DNA of 64,000 bases from an uncultured Bdellovibrionales bacterium. Its GTDB lineage: Bacteria; Patescibacteriota; Minisyncoccia; Moranbacterales; UBA11712. Of this stretch, positions 8,963 to 19,898 are shown piece by piece. The stretch covers positions 2,144 through 66,143 of the forward strand of contig CAZFIH010000001.1 of assembly GCA_964519445.1 (NCBI GenBank), written 5' to 3'. Both the position numbers and the translations under genes were made by a program. Within the stretch, counting starts at the first letter, position 1. The number at the start of each line of letters is the position of its first letter. The notes below the pieces were generated by a model. It had not been told where the DNA came from and made no database searches. It saw only the letters and a list, made by a program, of their open reading frames with translations.

Positions 8963-11716
8963 TTATTTAATTCTTATCGCACTTAGACTCTCAACTATTA
9001 AATCTGCTGCTTTTTCATTGACCCACCGAGGAGATTTTTTCTTTATCTGGTGAACAATGACATCTATATCTGCATTGATAATTTTACTCAATACTGCAAC
9101 TGATTTTTGTTTTAGTTTCGGTTTCAAGCTTGAATCTTCGATTTTTCGCAAAAGCTTGAAAAGATTTTCCAGTGTTTTTAGCTTTTTACGGAAATACTTA
9201 TAGGCAACTGTTTTCTTAATTAAGCCTAATTTATGATAATGATCAAAGTTTTTCCGGATGGCGCTGATATCTGTCCCTACTTGGAAATTCGCCTCTTTTT
9301 CAGCTGAATTCCCAGCTTCATCAGTAGCGGAAATTTTCAGTGTATATTCTCCCAAGCGCTCAAGCGAGAGGTCTATACTCTTCTCCATCCAGTCGAGTGC
9401 TTCTCCGTTTTTCTTAACTTGCCATGATTCAATACTAATTCTTGATTCGAAATCTTCGATTTTATAATCAATCATCAAAGTTCTATCATTAGTATAGCTT
9501 GTTTCCTCGGGGGAGAAAATAGTTATCATTGGCGGTTCCGTGTCCGGATTGTACAATACTTGATCATCGGCAACTTCAATTTCAAACTCTTGCACTACGC
9601 CTGCTTGGGACTCACCCGCTATTTCAGTCGAAGATTCGATCGCATTTCCTAGATCATTGGGATTTTCAGTGATTTTAGTTGTTTCTATTGTATAACTCCC
9701 TCCTTCTCCCGTTCCTTGCACCAGAATCTTATATTTTCCATTCTCCGAATTTGGGATGGTGACAAATTCATTTTCAGTATCAGATCCAGTGTAATAAGCT
9801 CCTTCGATTTCATTCACTTCTTCCCCCGTTTCAAAATTCTTCCCTATTTTCCTGCCGCTTGGAGATTCGATTTGAATGTCTGCGGGCGAAAAAACACCGA
9901 ATGTCAAAATGTCGACAACTCTGTCGAAAATATTCGCGGCGGAACAATCCTGATTCCCTGACAATTCTGTGAACACATGACATTGAGCCGCCGTGGGAAG
10001 ATCGCCGTGAGATGAATTCAGGATTATTTCTTTGTTAGACGCAATTCCTTTTGCGCTGGAGAACGGCACTGTTTCATCCCCGGGTCCGTACTCGATTCCC
10101 TGATCAGTACTGTCATCATAATAATTTTCCGGCATCCCGTGTTTCCATATGCCGTCGGTATCACTTTCAGCAACTCTTAATTTTTCTATCGTGTTGTTTC
10201 TTTCCGTGTCTGAAATGATATTCGTAAAATCAATGTTGTTTAGACGATTTAACCTACCTGAACCATTCAAAAAATCCAGGAAAGTATTTCGCGGATAATC
10301 ATTCGGGTAATTTCTCATCTCCCCGCTTGATGATTCCCTTAAATAGTCGTAATCGGGAAGGAGTTCTTTTACGGAAATCACCCTTCCCTGGATATAATCC
10401 TTCAGATTATCAAATCCCGAATGTTTTGCTTCGATTTTAAACATGCTTTCAACAATATTATCATCAAATGCTGTTCCTATTTCGCCAGCCTCCCATGTTA
10501 AATAACTTTTCGGTGCTCCTTTGTGCGGAGTTCCTAATGTAATGAGTTGATCAATGTCATTTTCATAGCTTTCTCCTTCTATATAATAGCGTGCAATAAG
10601 TCCTCCCATCGAATGAGCAACTATATCAACTTTTGGACGGCCTGTTTGATTTTTCACTTCACTGATTTTTTCTTTCAGTTCTTGCGCGGTTAGAATATTG
10701 CTGTCACGCCATTCGTATGGAAACTCAAAAAGCTTTTCTTCTTTTTCATAACCATTCTTTTCTAGAGATGCAATTAAATTATCATAAGTGTGGAGTATGG
10801 GATCGATTTTCAGTTCTCCAACTCCTCCTGGATATTTTGTAGCTGACCCCATAATCCCCGGAATGATGATCACCGGATCGGGATTCTCAATTGGGTCTTC
10901 TTCGAGCCATGGATCAAAAGTGAGCTGGCCGGTAACCGGATTTCCTTCGCCGTCTGGATTTTCATCTTCGTTGTAAGGTCCTGATTCGTCTCCCCACCAG
11001 TTATACCTCGCGTCCAATGCCGGTATGTCCGGATCAGAAGAATTTGTCGCGATTACTCCCGTATCGTTTTCCAATATTACGTTGTTCACCGCAACTGAAG
11101 TTTCTCCGGATTCAAATGTTATTCCTCTGGTATTATCACTGATTATGTTCGAATCAATCACAAATTTTGCATTTCCCAAATATTTAAGAGCAGTGCCGTT
11201 TTTCTTGAATTCACAATTTTTAACCATAATCTCACGATTTTGTTGGTTCGAAGCCTGGATTTGAACAGCCAAATAACTATAAAAAAATTGCGCGTGTTCA
11301 ATTCTGATTTTGACATCATCTGATGGAGAAATGCTAATATAATGCCAATCCCCGATTGAAGGCTTATGCGCACCTCCGTCACCGTTTGTGTCTCCGCCGT
11401 GCTCGTCATCCCTCATAGAAGTGAAAACCACGGGTTTTTCCTTCGTACCTTTAACGATAAAATCGTCTTGAATGATCAGTCTTTCCAGGCTTCCTCTGTT
11501 GAACTTTATCAGGGTTCCCTCCTCGATTGTTAAAGGTGCGGCAATAATATTCCAGCCGGATAGAATGTATGGACTGTTTTCTTTTGTCCAAGTTGTGGGC
11601 TCTGTTATTGTTCTCGCCGCAAGCCGTGTCGGCCCTTCGGCGTTCGTCAGGTCAGTAAATAGTGAGAACGCAAGAAAAAAAGTGACGAGATAGAAAATCG
11701 GTTTTACTGTTTTCAT
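8963..11716 (-). CDS. large secreted protein: right-handed beta-helix region plus lipase-like alpha/beta hydrolase domain
   Basis: Signal peptide [20 protein letters not shown], pectate-lyase/NosD-like repeat segments, and a lipase nucleophile elbow [14 protein letters not shown]. Confidence 0.55.
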   Translation of the reverse strand: MKTVKPIFYLVTFFLAFSLFTDLTNAEGPTRLAARTITEPTTWTKENSPYILSGWNIIAAPLTIEEGTLIKFNRGSLERLIIQDDFIVKGTKEKPVVFTSMRDDEHGGDTNGDGGAHKPSIGDWHYISISPSDDVKIRIEHAQFFYSYLAVQIQASNQQNREIMVKNCEFKKNGTALKYLGNAKFVIDSNIISDNTRGITFESGETSVAVNNVILENDTGVIATNSSDPDIPALDARYNWWGDESGPYNEDENPDGEGNPVTGQLTFDPWLEEDPIENPDPVIIIPGIMGSATKYPGGVGELKIDPILHTYDNLIASLEKNGYEKEEKLFEFPYEWRDSNILTAQELKEKISEVKNQTGRPKVDIVAHSMGGLIARYYIEGESYENDIDQLITLGTPHKGAPKSYLTWEAGEIGTAFDDNIVESMFKIEAKHSGFDNLKDYIQGRVISVKELLPDYDYLRESSSGEMRNYPNDYPRNTFLDFLNGSGRLNRLNNIDFTNIISDTERNNTIEKLRVAESDTDGIWKHGMPENYYDDSTDQGIEYGPGDETVPFSSAKGIASNKEIILNSSHGDLPTAAQCHVFTELSGNQDCSAANIFDRVVDILTFGVFSPADIQIESPSGRKIGKNFETGEEVNEIEGAYYTGSDTENEFVTIPNSENGKYKILVQGTGEGGSYTIETTKITENPNDLGNAIESSTEIAGESQAGVVQEFEIEVADDQVLYNPDTEPPMITIFSPEETSYTNDRTLMIDYKIEDFESRISIESWQVKKNGEALDWMEKSIDLSLERLGEYTLKISATDEAGNSAEKEANFQVGTDISAIRKNFDHYHKLGLIKKTVAYKYFRKKLKTLENLFKLLRKIEDSSLKPKLKQKSVAVLSKIINADIDVIVHQIKKKSPRWVNEKAADLIVESLSAIRIK

Positions 11717-11971
11717 TTCCCGAATTTAGAAATTTTATAATTCATCAAAAAACACCGCCAAAAGCAGTGAAATTAAAAAAGGCCTTCCTGAAACCCCAAG
11801 CGATATTTTTCTTTTCTTTTCATCGCCCTCCGCGAGAATGTTTACCCGTTTATTATACCAAAAACCCTGTCCAAATCCCACTTCCACTTATCCACACCTT
11901 CAAAAATTGTTTCAGAGACTGATATTTTTTGGCTTGGATTGAATTTTTTCCATTGCAGAATGCGAAAAAGT

Positions 11972-11980
11972 TGGTATAAT
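11972..11980 (+). promoter_or_regulatory. extended -10 (TGGTATAAT) promoter for the tRNA-Gly/tRNA-Thr pair
   Basis: TTGGTATAAT lies 12 nt upstream of the tRNA-Gly 5' end. Confidence 0.45.
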
Positions 11981-11992
11981 TCTGATGTCGAC

Positions 11993-12064
11993 GCGGGTGT
12001 CGTATAGTGGCTATTATGCAAGCTTCCCAAGCTTGAGAGGGCGGTTCAATTCCGCTCACCCGCT
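11993..12064 (+). tRNA. tRNA-Gly (anticodon CCC), no encoded CCA
   Basis: Acceptor GCGGGTG/CACCCGC, anticodon stem-loop CAAGC TTCCCAA GCTTG, T-arm GGCGG TTCAATT CCGCT and discriminator U. The D-stem is weak (3 bp plus a mismatch). Confidence 0.75.
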
Positions 12065-12080
12065 AAAAGTTATTAATTTT

Positions 12081-12153
12081 GCCCACATAGCTCAGCAGGC
12101 AGAGCAATGCTTTCGTAAAGCAGAGGTCGTCGGTTCGATTCCGACTGTGGGCT
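12081..12153 (+). tRNA. tRNA-Thr (anticodon CGU), no encoded CCA
   Basis: GCCCACA TA GCTC AGCAGGCA GAGC A ATGCT TTCGTAA AGCAG AGGTC GTCGG TTCGATT CCGAC TGTGGGC T. Confidence 0.85.
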
Positions 12154-12188
12154 CAAAAATCCGGCCGAAATGAGAGGCCGGATTTTTG
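12154..12188. terminator. bidirectional intrinsic terminator (ATCCGGCC / GGCCGGAT)
   Basis: An A-run, an 8-bp GC stem and a T-run, directly after tRNA-Thr. Confidence 0.65.
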
Positions 12189-12213
12189 TATTAGAGCCAC
12201 GGTTTGTGGAATA

Positions 12214-13257
12214 TCAAGGAAAAACCGACGGATCTCCTTGGGAATGAAGAGCCGTGTTTTTTTCGAATTCAATCATTCCCGGGTCGGTGAATTCCACTCG
12301 TCCGTCGTCGCTGTTCCAGCGATAGTCCCGCAAGAATACGATTATCCGGTGTTCTTTCACTTTCTCCTGAAGCCAGTCGCCAAAGGTCGTTTTTTTGACG
12401 AATATTTGGCGGATATGGGCCAGTTCCTCACCATCCTCGTCTTTCTTTTCTTCCAGCTTGATGATGTGAAAACCCAGCGGACTGGAGATCACTTCGCTCA
12501 TTTCCCCAATTTTCATGGAAAAAGCTGTTTCGGCGATCGGTTCTATCAACTGATCCCGGCTCGACCAGCCCAAATCCCCGCCGTCCTTGGCGCTCGCCCC
12601 CTCCGAAAACTGGCGGGCCGCTTCGTCAAAATTTTCTTTACTTTTCGAAACCCGCTCCCAGAGTTCGTTGATTTTTTTCTCTTCATCGCTTGTGTCAATT
12701 TCATCGAGATATATTTGCTCCAGTCTGCGCGCGTACAGCTCCGGCCTGACCACATGTTCCTGAAAATCAAGAATCGTCCAGCCGTAGAGCCGCGCCAGTT
12801 CGCTCATGAGTTTTTCCCGGTTGCCGAATTGCTCGATACTTTGGTTGACTTGGCTGCTTACTGTCGCGTCAGAAACGCGAATCCCTTCCCTTTTCGCCAG
12901 ACCCTCAACGATTTCGTTTTCAATCATTTTGTTCAGCACTTCCTTTTCTTTTATTTTGAGCCGTTTTTTGCCCTGTTCTGTTCCGAAATCAACACGAAGA
13001 CCCAGTTTCTCGAAATCCTGGGATTCGTAGAATTTTTTGACCGAGGCCGTGTTGTCCTTGATTTCTTCCACTTTTATAATTCCGTTTCCCGATATGTAGA
13101 CGGCCGGAAAAGGAAAAATTCTTTCGGCCATTCGAACGAGACGGTTGCCGGAATTGTATTTGTAGACAGCCGCGGTCAGCACTCCAAGACCGACGAAAAA
13201 AACAAGGCTTGCGACCAGAATACCGATGACAATTTTGAACTTATCTCTTTTTTTCAT
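12214..13257 (-). CDS. peptidyl-prolyl cis-trans isomerase, parvulin type (SurA/PrsA-like), membrane anchored
   Basis: N-terminal TM and a C-terminal PpiC/parvulin domain (GGDLGWSSRDQL...GFHIIKL). Confidence 0.7.
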   Translation of the reverse strand: MKKRDKFKIVIGILVASLVFFVGLGVLTAAVYKYNSGNRLVRMAERIFPFPAVYISGNGIIKVEEIKDNTASVKKFYESQDFEKLGLRVDFGTEQGKKRLKIKEKEVLNKMIENEIVEGLAKREGIRVSDATVSSQVNQSIEQFGNREKLMSELARLYGWTILDFQEHVVRPELYARRLEQIYLDEIDTSDEEKKINELWERVSKSKENFDEAARQFSEGASAKDGGDLGWSSRDQLIEPIAETAFSMKIGEMSEVISSPLGFHIIKLEEKKDEDGEELAHIRQIFVKKTTFGDWLQEKVKEHRIIVFLRDYRWNSDDGRVEFTDPGMIEFEKNTALHSQGDPSVFP

Positions 13258-13261
13258 GAGT

Positions 13262-13690
13262 TCACAGGTTTTTTTCCTCGAAGAAAAAAATTATCCATTT
13301 CTGCCAGTTGGGGTAGCCGTCTTTCTCGACCGCCAGTTTTTCCTTGGTCTCCTCTTCTTTTTTTTCTTCCTCGGGCTGCTCCATTTCTTTGCGCAGGACT
13401 ACCATTTTCTCATCCTCTTTTTGGAGGTTCAGTTTTTCACGGGCTTCCCTTTCCTGAAATTCTTCCGATGAAAAATAGGTAGTTAGGTTTTCCAGCTCGC
13501 TGTTTTCCTGGTGGAGCTGGTTGATTTCCTTTTGCAGGACTTCAATTTCCCCTTGAATTTGTTTTTTGCGGTATGTTTCTTTTCCAAGGGAAATGCCGAT
13601 CAGCACTAACGCGGCCAGTCCCGCTAAAAAGAAAAAACCGGAAAGAATTTTGGTGGAGGTTTTGGCTTCAGTTTTTTTTCTTTTCTTCAT
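13262..13690 (-). CDS. septum formation initiator-like protein (FtsB/DivIC family), start at internal MKKRKK
   Basis: Short basic N-terminus, a single TM (ILSGFFFLAGLAALVLIGISL), then a coiled coil (IEVLQKEINQLHQENSELENL). Confidence 0.45.
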   Translation of the reverse strand: MKKRKKTEAKTSTKILSGFFFLAGLAALVLIGISLGKETYRKKQIQGEIEVLQKEINQLHQENSELENLTTYFSSEEFQEREAREKLNLQKEDEKMVVLRKEMEQPEEEKKEEETKEKLAVEKDGYPNWQKWIIFFFEEKNL

Positions 13691-13840
13691 CCGAGAATGG
13701 GAGCGACGGTAAAGGCAATCATTGACAAAACAGCCACGATTGAAATAACTATCCAAATTATCCTCACTTTTTTGCGGTTGCGAGAAATCATATTTGTTAT
13801 TGCTTTCTTAGGTCAAGTTGATTTTCTGTTTTTTGTAATG

Positions 13841-15535
13841 TTACACTATCTTGATGGGAAGCTCAAGAGTGAATTTGCTTCCCTTGTCCCTTCCTTCCGA
13901 CTCCGCCCAGAGACTTCCCTTGTGAGCGGCTACAATCTTCCTTCCGACGTACATGCCCAGCCCCGTTCCTTCGGTATGGTAGTGGCTAACCTGCTTTCCG
14001 CGCTGAAACTTCTGAAAAATTTCTTTGATTTCTTGTTTGTCCATGCCGATTCCGGTATCCGAGACAATGACCCTGACAACGCTTTTTTGCTCTTTGCTGT
14101 CATGGTCAAAATAACTGCCGCATTCGGTTCGCACCGTGACGCTGCCCTTTTGGGTGTACTTTATGGCGTTGTCGACCATATTGGATATCACTTCCTTGAT
14201 CTTGGTGGCATCCGCGCTGACCTTGCGAAGAGGCTGGGCTGGCTTTTGCCAGTCGAGATGAAGTTTTTTGGCCTTGGCAGCCAGCTCGAGGGTGTCCACG
14301 ACCTCACGAACCAGATCCTCGATTTGAACTTCCTGGAAATCAAATTCCATCCGGCCGGCTTCAATGCGGGAAATGTTCAAGAGATCCTCCACGAGATGAA
14401 TAAGCCTTTCATTGGCGATGTATATTTTTTCCAGAGCGTTTTTCTGAACTTCAGAAAGCGCGCCGTATGTTCCCTCGAGGAGCAGGGACCCGAAGCCCTT
14501 GATGGAGGTCAGCGGCGTCCGAAGCTGATGGGAAGCAATGGAAATAAATTCCGATTTGGCTTTATCGAGAACGTGGAGCTTGTCATTGGCGGCGGCAAGC
14601 AGTTTGGAAAGATTTTCCAGCTCCTCTTTGCGTCGGACTTCCAAATTCACCGATCTCACCAGCATATAGCCAAAGACGATGGAAAGCGCAAGGGTTATTC
14701 CATTAAGAATAATATTAGTCGGGTTTTGGATAAAGAAGAATTGAGAGCCAATAAGGATGACGAGAGCTACGACAAGGACTTGAGCGGCGAGGAGTTTTAT
14801 GTTTAAGACTTTGAACTGGACGATCAAATATGCGAGAAGACCGATAAAAATAAACAGTCCAACTGGCCCAATAAAATTCAGTTGGTAGTATCGAGTCAGT
14901 TCCCCCAGGACATCGCTTAACCAGGCTAGGAGCAAAAAAATTGTTGATCCCAAAGTCAGCGTAGCTGTGATTATTTTTGATTTACGATCCTTTTCCTGGA
15001 GATACCTCTTTACTCCGATAAAAATAATACTTAGAATAATTACAAGCTCTATCGTGTAAATGTAATACCACAGCAAACCTATTTCTCCTTCACACATGGA
15101 CGCGTCAAAAAGGAGCATATTGTAGCGGGTTGGCATGAGGAACAGTACGGGCAATACAGTTAATGAAAAAAATAATTTTGAAACGAATGAAGAGTCTTTC
15201 TTATATAAAAAGACATAGACGAAATAAAGAGTGAGATAGTAAAAAGGCAGTATGAGAAGCGCTCCAAGAACCCAGGAAAACATATCGGGGTGAACATAGG
15301 CAATGGTCCACTGGAAGACATAGTTTGATACCCATAGGGAAAAAGAAATTGTTATGAAAAGCAGGAGCTTGCTGGGCAGGGAAAAATTGCTTCTCATCAT
15401 TACATAAATTCCAATGAGAAGCGACACGACAATTGCCGGGATATAGGAATAGAGCATGAGCGGAGGGGCCACACTGAAATCAAAGTAGGCGAAATTGGCT
15501 GGCACGGCATCCGAGCAAAGCAATGATACATCCAT
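13841..15535 (-). CDS. sensor histidine kinase with polytopic N-terminal membrane domain
   Basis: About 8 TM helices, a HisKA H-box ASHQLRTPLTSI, and a HATPase_c domain (NAIKYT, DTGIGM, GTGLGM). Confidence 0.8.
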   Translation of the reverse strand: MDVSLLCSDAVPANFAYFDFSVAPPLMLYSYIPAIVVSLLIGIYVMMRSNFSLPSKLLLFITISFSLWVSNYVFQWTIAYVHPDMFSWVLGALLILPFYYLTLYFVYVFLYKKDSSFVSKLFFSLTVLPVLFLMPTRYNMLLFDASMCEGEIGLLWYYIYTIELVIILSIIFIGVKRYLQEKDRKSKIITATLTLGSTIFLLLAWLSDVLGELTRYYQLNFIGPVGLFIFIGLLAYLIVQFKVLNIKLLAAQVLVVALVILIGSQFFFIQNPTNIILNGITLALSIVFGYMLVRSVNLEVRRKEELENLSKLLAAANDKLHVLDKAKSEFISIASHQLRTPLTSIKGFGSLLLEGTYGALSEVQKNALEKIYIANERLIHLVEDLLNISRIEAGRMEFDFQEVQIEDLVREVVDTLELAAKAKKLHLDWQKPAQPLRKVSADATKIKEVISNMVDNAIKYTQKGSVTVRTECGSYFDHDSKEQKSVVRVIVSDTGIGMDKQEIKEIFQKFQRGKQVSHYHTEGTGLGMYVGRKIVAAHKGSLWAESEGRDKGSKFTLELPIKIV

Positions 15536-15619
15536 AATTTCTGTCTGTATTTAAGATATTGTTATAGTAAAGCGAATTATTTCTAAATTATATATCACAA
15601 TCAACCCAGAGGCAAATAT

Positions 15620-16942
15620 ATGAACATATTGTTCGTTTCTGAAGATTTAGTTGCCGGAAATTTGGCCTATATTTTGAAAAAAGAAGGACATAGCGTCAAA
15701 CTGTACATAAAGGACAAGAGACGCAGAAAAAATTTTTCCGGATTAGTTGAAAAGATTCCAGATTGGAGAAAAGAACTGGACTGGGTCCGAAAAGATGGGC
15801 TCATTGTGTTTGACAGCGGTTCACATGGGAAAACTCAGGAAAGCCTGCGAAAGCAAGGTTATTTGGTTTTCGGCGGCTGCAAGCTGGGTGACAGGATAGA
15901 AAGCGACCGCACATATGGAGCCGACGTTTTTTCTCGCTTTGGAATGAAAACCGCTCCCCTTTGTGATTTTGAAAACTCGAATTCCGCTGTCCGGTTTCTG
16001 AAAAAAAGAAGGGGTCCGTGGGTTTTGAAACAAAATGTCGCCGGAACGGGTCTTAAAAGCCTCAATTATGTCGGGATGCGGGAAGACAATCGGGACATGA
16101 TAGATCTTTTTTCTCATTATCAGAAAAGAGGATTTCTCAAGAAGAGCAAGAGTCTGACCCTTCAAGAAAGAATTTTCGGTGTGGAGATGGGAGTAGGGAG
16201 ATTTTTCAATGGAAAAGAATGGACCGGACCAATTGAAATCAATTTGGAACATAAGAAATTCTTTCCAGGCGATCTGGGTCCGTCGACCAGCGAGATGGGA
16301 ACTTTGGCCTGGTACGACGAAAATGAAAGCAATAAGTTGTTTTCCGAGACCCTCGCAAAACTGAAGCCATATCTTCGCAAAATCGGTTTTCACGGAGACG
16401 CGGAACTCAACTGTATCGTCAATGAAAAAGGGGCATTTCCGCTTGAGGCGACCATGCGTTTCGGATCGCCCATCATTCATCTCCAAACCGAAATCCACGA
16501 ATCTCCCTGGGGAAATTTCTTGCAGTCGGTTGCAAAAACAAAAGAATACGATCTGAAATGGAAAAAGGGTTATGGAATTGTCGTAGTAGTGACAGTTCCG
16601 ACTAGTAATCCCTTTCCTTTTTCGAAAAACGAAAGCTACGTTTCGCCGGAAGGACTCAATATCTATTTTGACGAAAGATTGAACAAGAATGATATGAAAC
16701 ACGTCCACTTTGAAGACGTGTCTTTGAAAAAAAAAGGCGGTCTTGATCAATTTTATATTTCAGACAGTCGAGGATATATTCTCTATGTCACCGGAATAGG
16801 AAAAACCGTTGCCGAAGCGAGAACAAAAGTCAATTCAATTTTGAAGAAAATTCAAATACCCAAAATGTTCTACCGGAACGACATCGGATTGAAATTTTTG
16901 GACCGTGACCAATCCAGACTAAAAAAATGGGGATATCTCTAA
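15620..16942 (+). CDS. ATP-grasp enzyme, PurD-like (phosphoribosylamine--glycine ligase family)
   Basis: N-terminal MNILFVSEDLVAGNLA; PGDLGPSTSEMGTLAW resembles the PurD GPNTGGMGAYSP loop; C-terminal YVTGIGKTVAEARTKV...RNDIG matches the PurD C-domain. The track ORF 15821..16750(-) is antisense noise. Confidence 0.55.
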   Translation: MNILFVSEDLVAGNLAYILKKEGHSVKLYIKDKRRRKNFSGLVEKIPDWRKELDWVRKDGLIVFDSGSHGKTQESLRKQGYLVFGGCKLGDRIESDRTYGADVFSRFGMKTAPLCDFENSNSAVRFLKKRRGPWVLKQNVAGTGLKSLNYVGMREDNRDMIDLFSHYQKRGFLKKSKSLTLQERIFGVEMGVGRFFNGKEWTGPIEINLEHKKFFPGDLGPSTSEMGTLAWYDENESNKLFSETLAKLKPYLRKIGFHGDAELNCIVNEKGAFPLEATMRFGSPIIHLQTEIHESPWGNFLQSVAKTKEYDLKWKKGYGIVVVVTVPTSNPFPFSKNESYVSPEGLNIYFDERLNKNDMKHVHFEDVSLKKKGGLDQFYISDSRGYILYVTGIGKTVAEARTKVNSILKKIQIPKMFYRNDIGLKFLDRDQSRLKKWGYL

Positions 16943-16974
16943 TCGCACCATTCTGTGATGAAACATATTTGGGG

Positions 16975-18135
16975 CTAAATGCAGATTGTTTTTACTTTTG
17001 GAAGAGAAATAAATTCGGATCCAAAAGAATAGGCTCCGGCAGCCGTGAATATTAAATAGTCGCCGTTTTTCAGTTCTGGTAGTCTCATATTTCTTCCGAA
17101 AACATCCAATGAATCTGGTGTGCTGCCGCGAAGCATATAGTTCTTTGTCTTCGTGTGTCTTTCTTTTTCGAGACAGCAAACTGGCAGATAAAGGTCGACA
17201 ATTAGGGTGTCCATCGCGGCGTTGTAGAGAGAACAATTAAGAATAGCGATTTGGTCTCGCTTGAATTTTTTCAAGTGGACAACTTGACCTACCAACACAA
17301 TCGATTCGGCGACCAGCTTTCTGCCGGGTTCGTATATATATTTTATTTTCGGGAATATTCCGGATATTTTTTTTCTGCCCTCGGTTAGAATCTTGCCGAC
17401 TTGTTCGAGGCTCGGCGCGTCTTTTTTGTATGGCACCGGATATCCCCCGCCAAAATTGACATGGTCCAATTCGATACCCTCTTTTTGGAGCTTAGCCGAA
17501 AATGCGGATATTTTGTCTATGTTTTTTTTCCAAACATCAAGATAAGTGTTTTGAGAAAGAAGATGATTGTGAAGCCCCAGCTTGATGTTGTTTTTCTTTT
17601 TGAGTCTGCCGAGCTTTTTAAGGACCACGAGAGCGTCTTTGAGAGGAAAACCGAGATAAGAATCCATTCCGTAGGGAAGCTCCGGATTCTTCACCTTCAC
17701 TCCGGTGTTTATTCTGACGAATAACTCAAAACTATTTTTTTTGAAAGGGACATTTTTCAAAACAAGATTCAATTGGTCCCAGGAATCTATGCTGAATCTT
17801 TTCACGCCAAGACGCAAAAGTCTTTCCAGTTGCTTTTTTGTGAGACTGGGTGACTGGAAAATGATTCTGTCTCTTCGGACCTTTTTTATCCGCTTCAGAT
17901 TTTCAAGCTCATCCGGAGAAGATACAAGAAAACTGCATCCGTTTTGGCAGATAAGCTTGGCGATTTGCATCTCCGGATTTGTTTTGAAAGAGTAGGCAAT
18001 TTCTCCCGGAAGATTTTTTTTGAGTTCGCCTATAACAGCCGTCAGCTTTTTGGTGTCGGCCACAAAACAGGGAACATTTTCAATCCATTTCATTTTGTTC
18101 TGTTTGAGGAGCGCTGGGAAATTATCTTTTTTCAT
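16975..18135 (-). CDS. PLP-dependent decarboxylase, Orn/DAP/Arg decarboxylase family 2 (LysA/NspC-like)
   Basis: PLP-lysine motif YSFKTNP, GGGYPVPY, EPGR and C-terminal GAYSFGSEF. Confidence 0.7.
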   Translation of the reverse strand: MKKDNFPALLKQNKMKWIENVPCFVADTKKLTAVIGELKKNLPGEIAYSFKTNPEMQIAKLICQNGCSFLVSSPDELENLKRIKKVRRDRIIFQSPSLTKKQLERLLRLGVKRFSIDSWDQLNLVLKNVPFKKNSFELFVRINTGVKVKNPELPYGMDSYLGFPLKDALVVLKKLGRLKKKNNIKLGLHNHLLSQNTYLDVWKKNIDKISAFSAKLQKEGIELDHVNFGGGYPVPYKKDAPSLEQVGKILTEGRKKISGIFPKIKYIYEPGRKLVAESIVLVGQVVHLKKFKRDQIAILNCSLYNAAMDTLIVDLYLPVCCLEKERHTKTKNYMLRGSTPDSLDVFGRNMRLPELKNGDYLIFTAAGAYSFGSEFISLPKVKTICI

Positions 18136-18221
18136 TGATTTTTTTTAGAGCCTGTTAATATACGCCAAGTACTTCAAATAATATTATTTCGCGAAATTTT
18201 ATGCAAGTCGCAGCCAAGAGA

Positions 18222-19154
18222 CTAAAGACTTATCAAATATATTCCGAAAGCCATAGTGGCAATTGAGACAGTTTTGAGAGGTAGGCCAGTGAACTGCTCT
18301 CGATAAATAATCTTGATAACCTTCTTTTTTCCGAAGGAGTACGCGGGATAGCTTAGCAGGAGCAATACGCTGAAAAAAATTACAAACGCGGGGACAAAAC
18401 TTTCAATGACAGCCACGAAAGAGACGGAGGGACTGATGCTGATAGCTCTTTGTGAAAAAATTATGGCTCCCAGATTGATTGACTCAATAAGGAAAAACCA
18501 GAAAAAATATTTCTTACTCAACTGATATAGATAGCTCACGCTCTTGCTTTTTGTGAAGTTGAGTATAATGAGGGATCCGATAAAGTAACCAAGGGCGAAA
18601 AAAAGCAATCCGCTGATAAATTCTGTTTTTTGATAGACATGCTCCTGCACGACCATGCTCAGTGAAAGAAGCACAATAGCTCCGGAAATTATGATCAGGA
18701 AACGGCTGAAATTGTTTCTTCGGATATTGCCGCTAAGCGACAAGAGAGTCGCTCCCAAAAATGTGGTGATTATGCCGGTATACTGAAGGCCGGATAGTCT
18801 TTCCTTGAGAAAAATAAAAGCAAGAATCGGGACGAGAATAGCCGTCAGATTCCAGAAAATTTGAATGAGCGAAACGTCTCCAGTTATGAATAGCGCCTTG
18901 AAGTAAAAAAGCATAGCGGCGCTGAAAAGCAGTCCGCCAAGGAGCGCTAGTATAGTCGTGCTTCTGTCCGGCATGGAAAGACCAAGGAAAGGAACAAGAA
19001 GCCATGGCGCAATTTGAAAAAAACCCGAGATGATGGCGCCGTCGTATTCATCCTGGTAAATATCTTTTACGAAATATACGTCTATCAGGTTCACCAACGC
19101 CCAAAGCATTGGCGCCAGAAAGGCAATAATCAGCCAGTTATTCCAAAGAATCAT
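18222..19154 (-). CDS. polytopic membrane protein (about 10 TM; EamA/DMT-like, tentative)
   Basis: Hydropathy only. Confidence 0.4.
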   Translation of the reverse strand: MILWNNWLIIAFLAPMLWALVNLIDVYFVKDIYQDEYDGAIISGFFQIAPWLLVPFLGLSMPDRSTTILALLGGLLFSAAMLFYFKALFITGDVSLIQIFWNLTAILVPILAFIFLKERLSGLQYTGIITTFLGATLLSLSGNIRRNNFSRFLIIISGAIVLLSLSMVVQEHVYQKTEFISGLLFFALGYFIGSLIILNFTKSKSVSYLYQLSKKYFFWFFLIESINLGAIIFSQRAISISPSVSFVAVIESFVPAFVIFFSVLLLLSYPAYSFGKKKVIKIIYREQFTGLPLKTVSIATMAFGIYLISL

Positions 19155-19193
19155 CGTATATAGAGAAAATCAACAAAAAAGGTTAGTTTATTT

Positions 19194-19883
19194 TCACATG
19201 ATTATATCCGCTTCGTTTGATGGAAGTTCCGGAAGAGGATTCTCGTCTTTCAATTCTTGATTTTCCGGATTTTCTTCCGATTTTTCGTAATTATTTGATT
19301 CATCGAAAAGATTTTCCATCAGCCGCGTTCGATCCTCCGAATTTTCATTTTCCGCCGCCTCCGCTGATTCAAGCGATGCGTCTTTCTCGATCACATCATT
19401 GATTTCTTCTTCTGCTTCATATGCTTCGGGAGGATTTTCAAGAAGATATTGTTCCGGATCACTGCACAATTCCCCGGTGGATTCATCTTCGGGCGCGCAA
19501 AAAATTTCTTCGCATTCCGATTCTCCCGGCTGGCAAGCAAAAGCGTCGCATTCTTCGTCTTGGGGATCACAGTTGGACATATTTTTGGCGTTGCGCCTGA
19601 CAATCTTGTAGTACCAAATGTCTTCGTCGGGAATTCCGGTGCATCTCTCCCATTCTTCAAGAGATTCGGGATCGCATTCCCAGATGAAACAAGCATCGGT
19701 TTCTGGATCGCAGTCAACTTGAGCTTGAATGATATAATCGGCTTTCACGATGTATCTCCAGTAAGTTATTCCCAGAGAGACAAGAACAAGAATCGCCAAT
19801 GCTATGAAAAATATTTTTGAGCGAAGGTCAACTTTTATTTCGCCCGTTTCGTTTTTATTTTCTTTTTCCAGTGTCAATCTCAT
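19194..19883 (-). CDS. membrane-anchored acidic Cys-rich protein (hypothetical)
   Basis: One TM followed by a Cys/Asp/Glu-rich ectodomain. Confidence 0.4.
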   Translation of the reverse strand: MRLTLEKENKNETGEIKVDLRSKIFFIALAILVLVSLGITYWRYIVKADYIIQAQVDCDPETDACFIWECDPESLEEWERCTGIPDEDIWYYKIVRRNAKNMSNCDPQDEECDAFACQPGESECEEIFCAPEDESTGELCSDPEQYLLENPPEAYEAEEEINDVIEKDASLESAEAAENENSEDRTRLMENLFDESNNYEKSEENPENQELKDENPLPELPSNEADIIM

Positions 19884-19898
19884 AAATCCAGTATAACA

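Noticed and set aside
12238-13482. 414-aa plus-strand ORF
   Set aside because: It is antisense to the parvulin PPIase and FtsB-like genes, and its translation is Phe-rich nonsense.
15821-16750. 309-aa minus-strand ORF
   Set aside because: It lies entirely antisense to the PurD-like gene, which has recognisable motifs. Its own translation is low-complexity.
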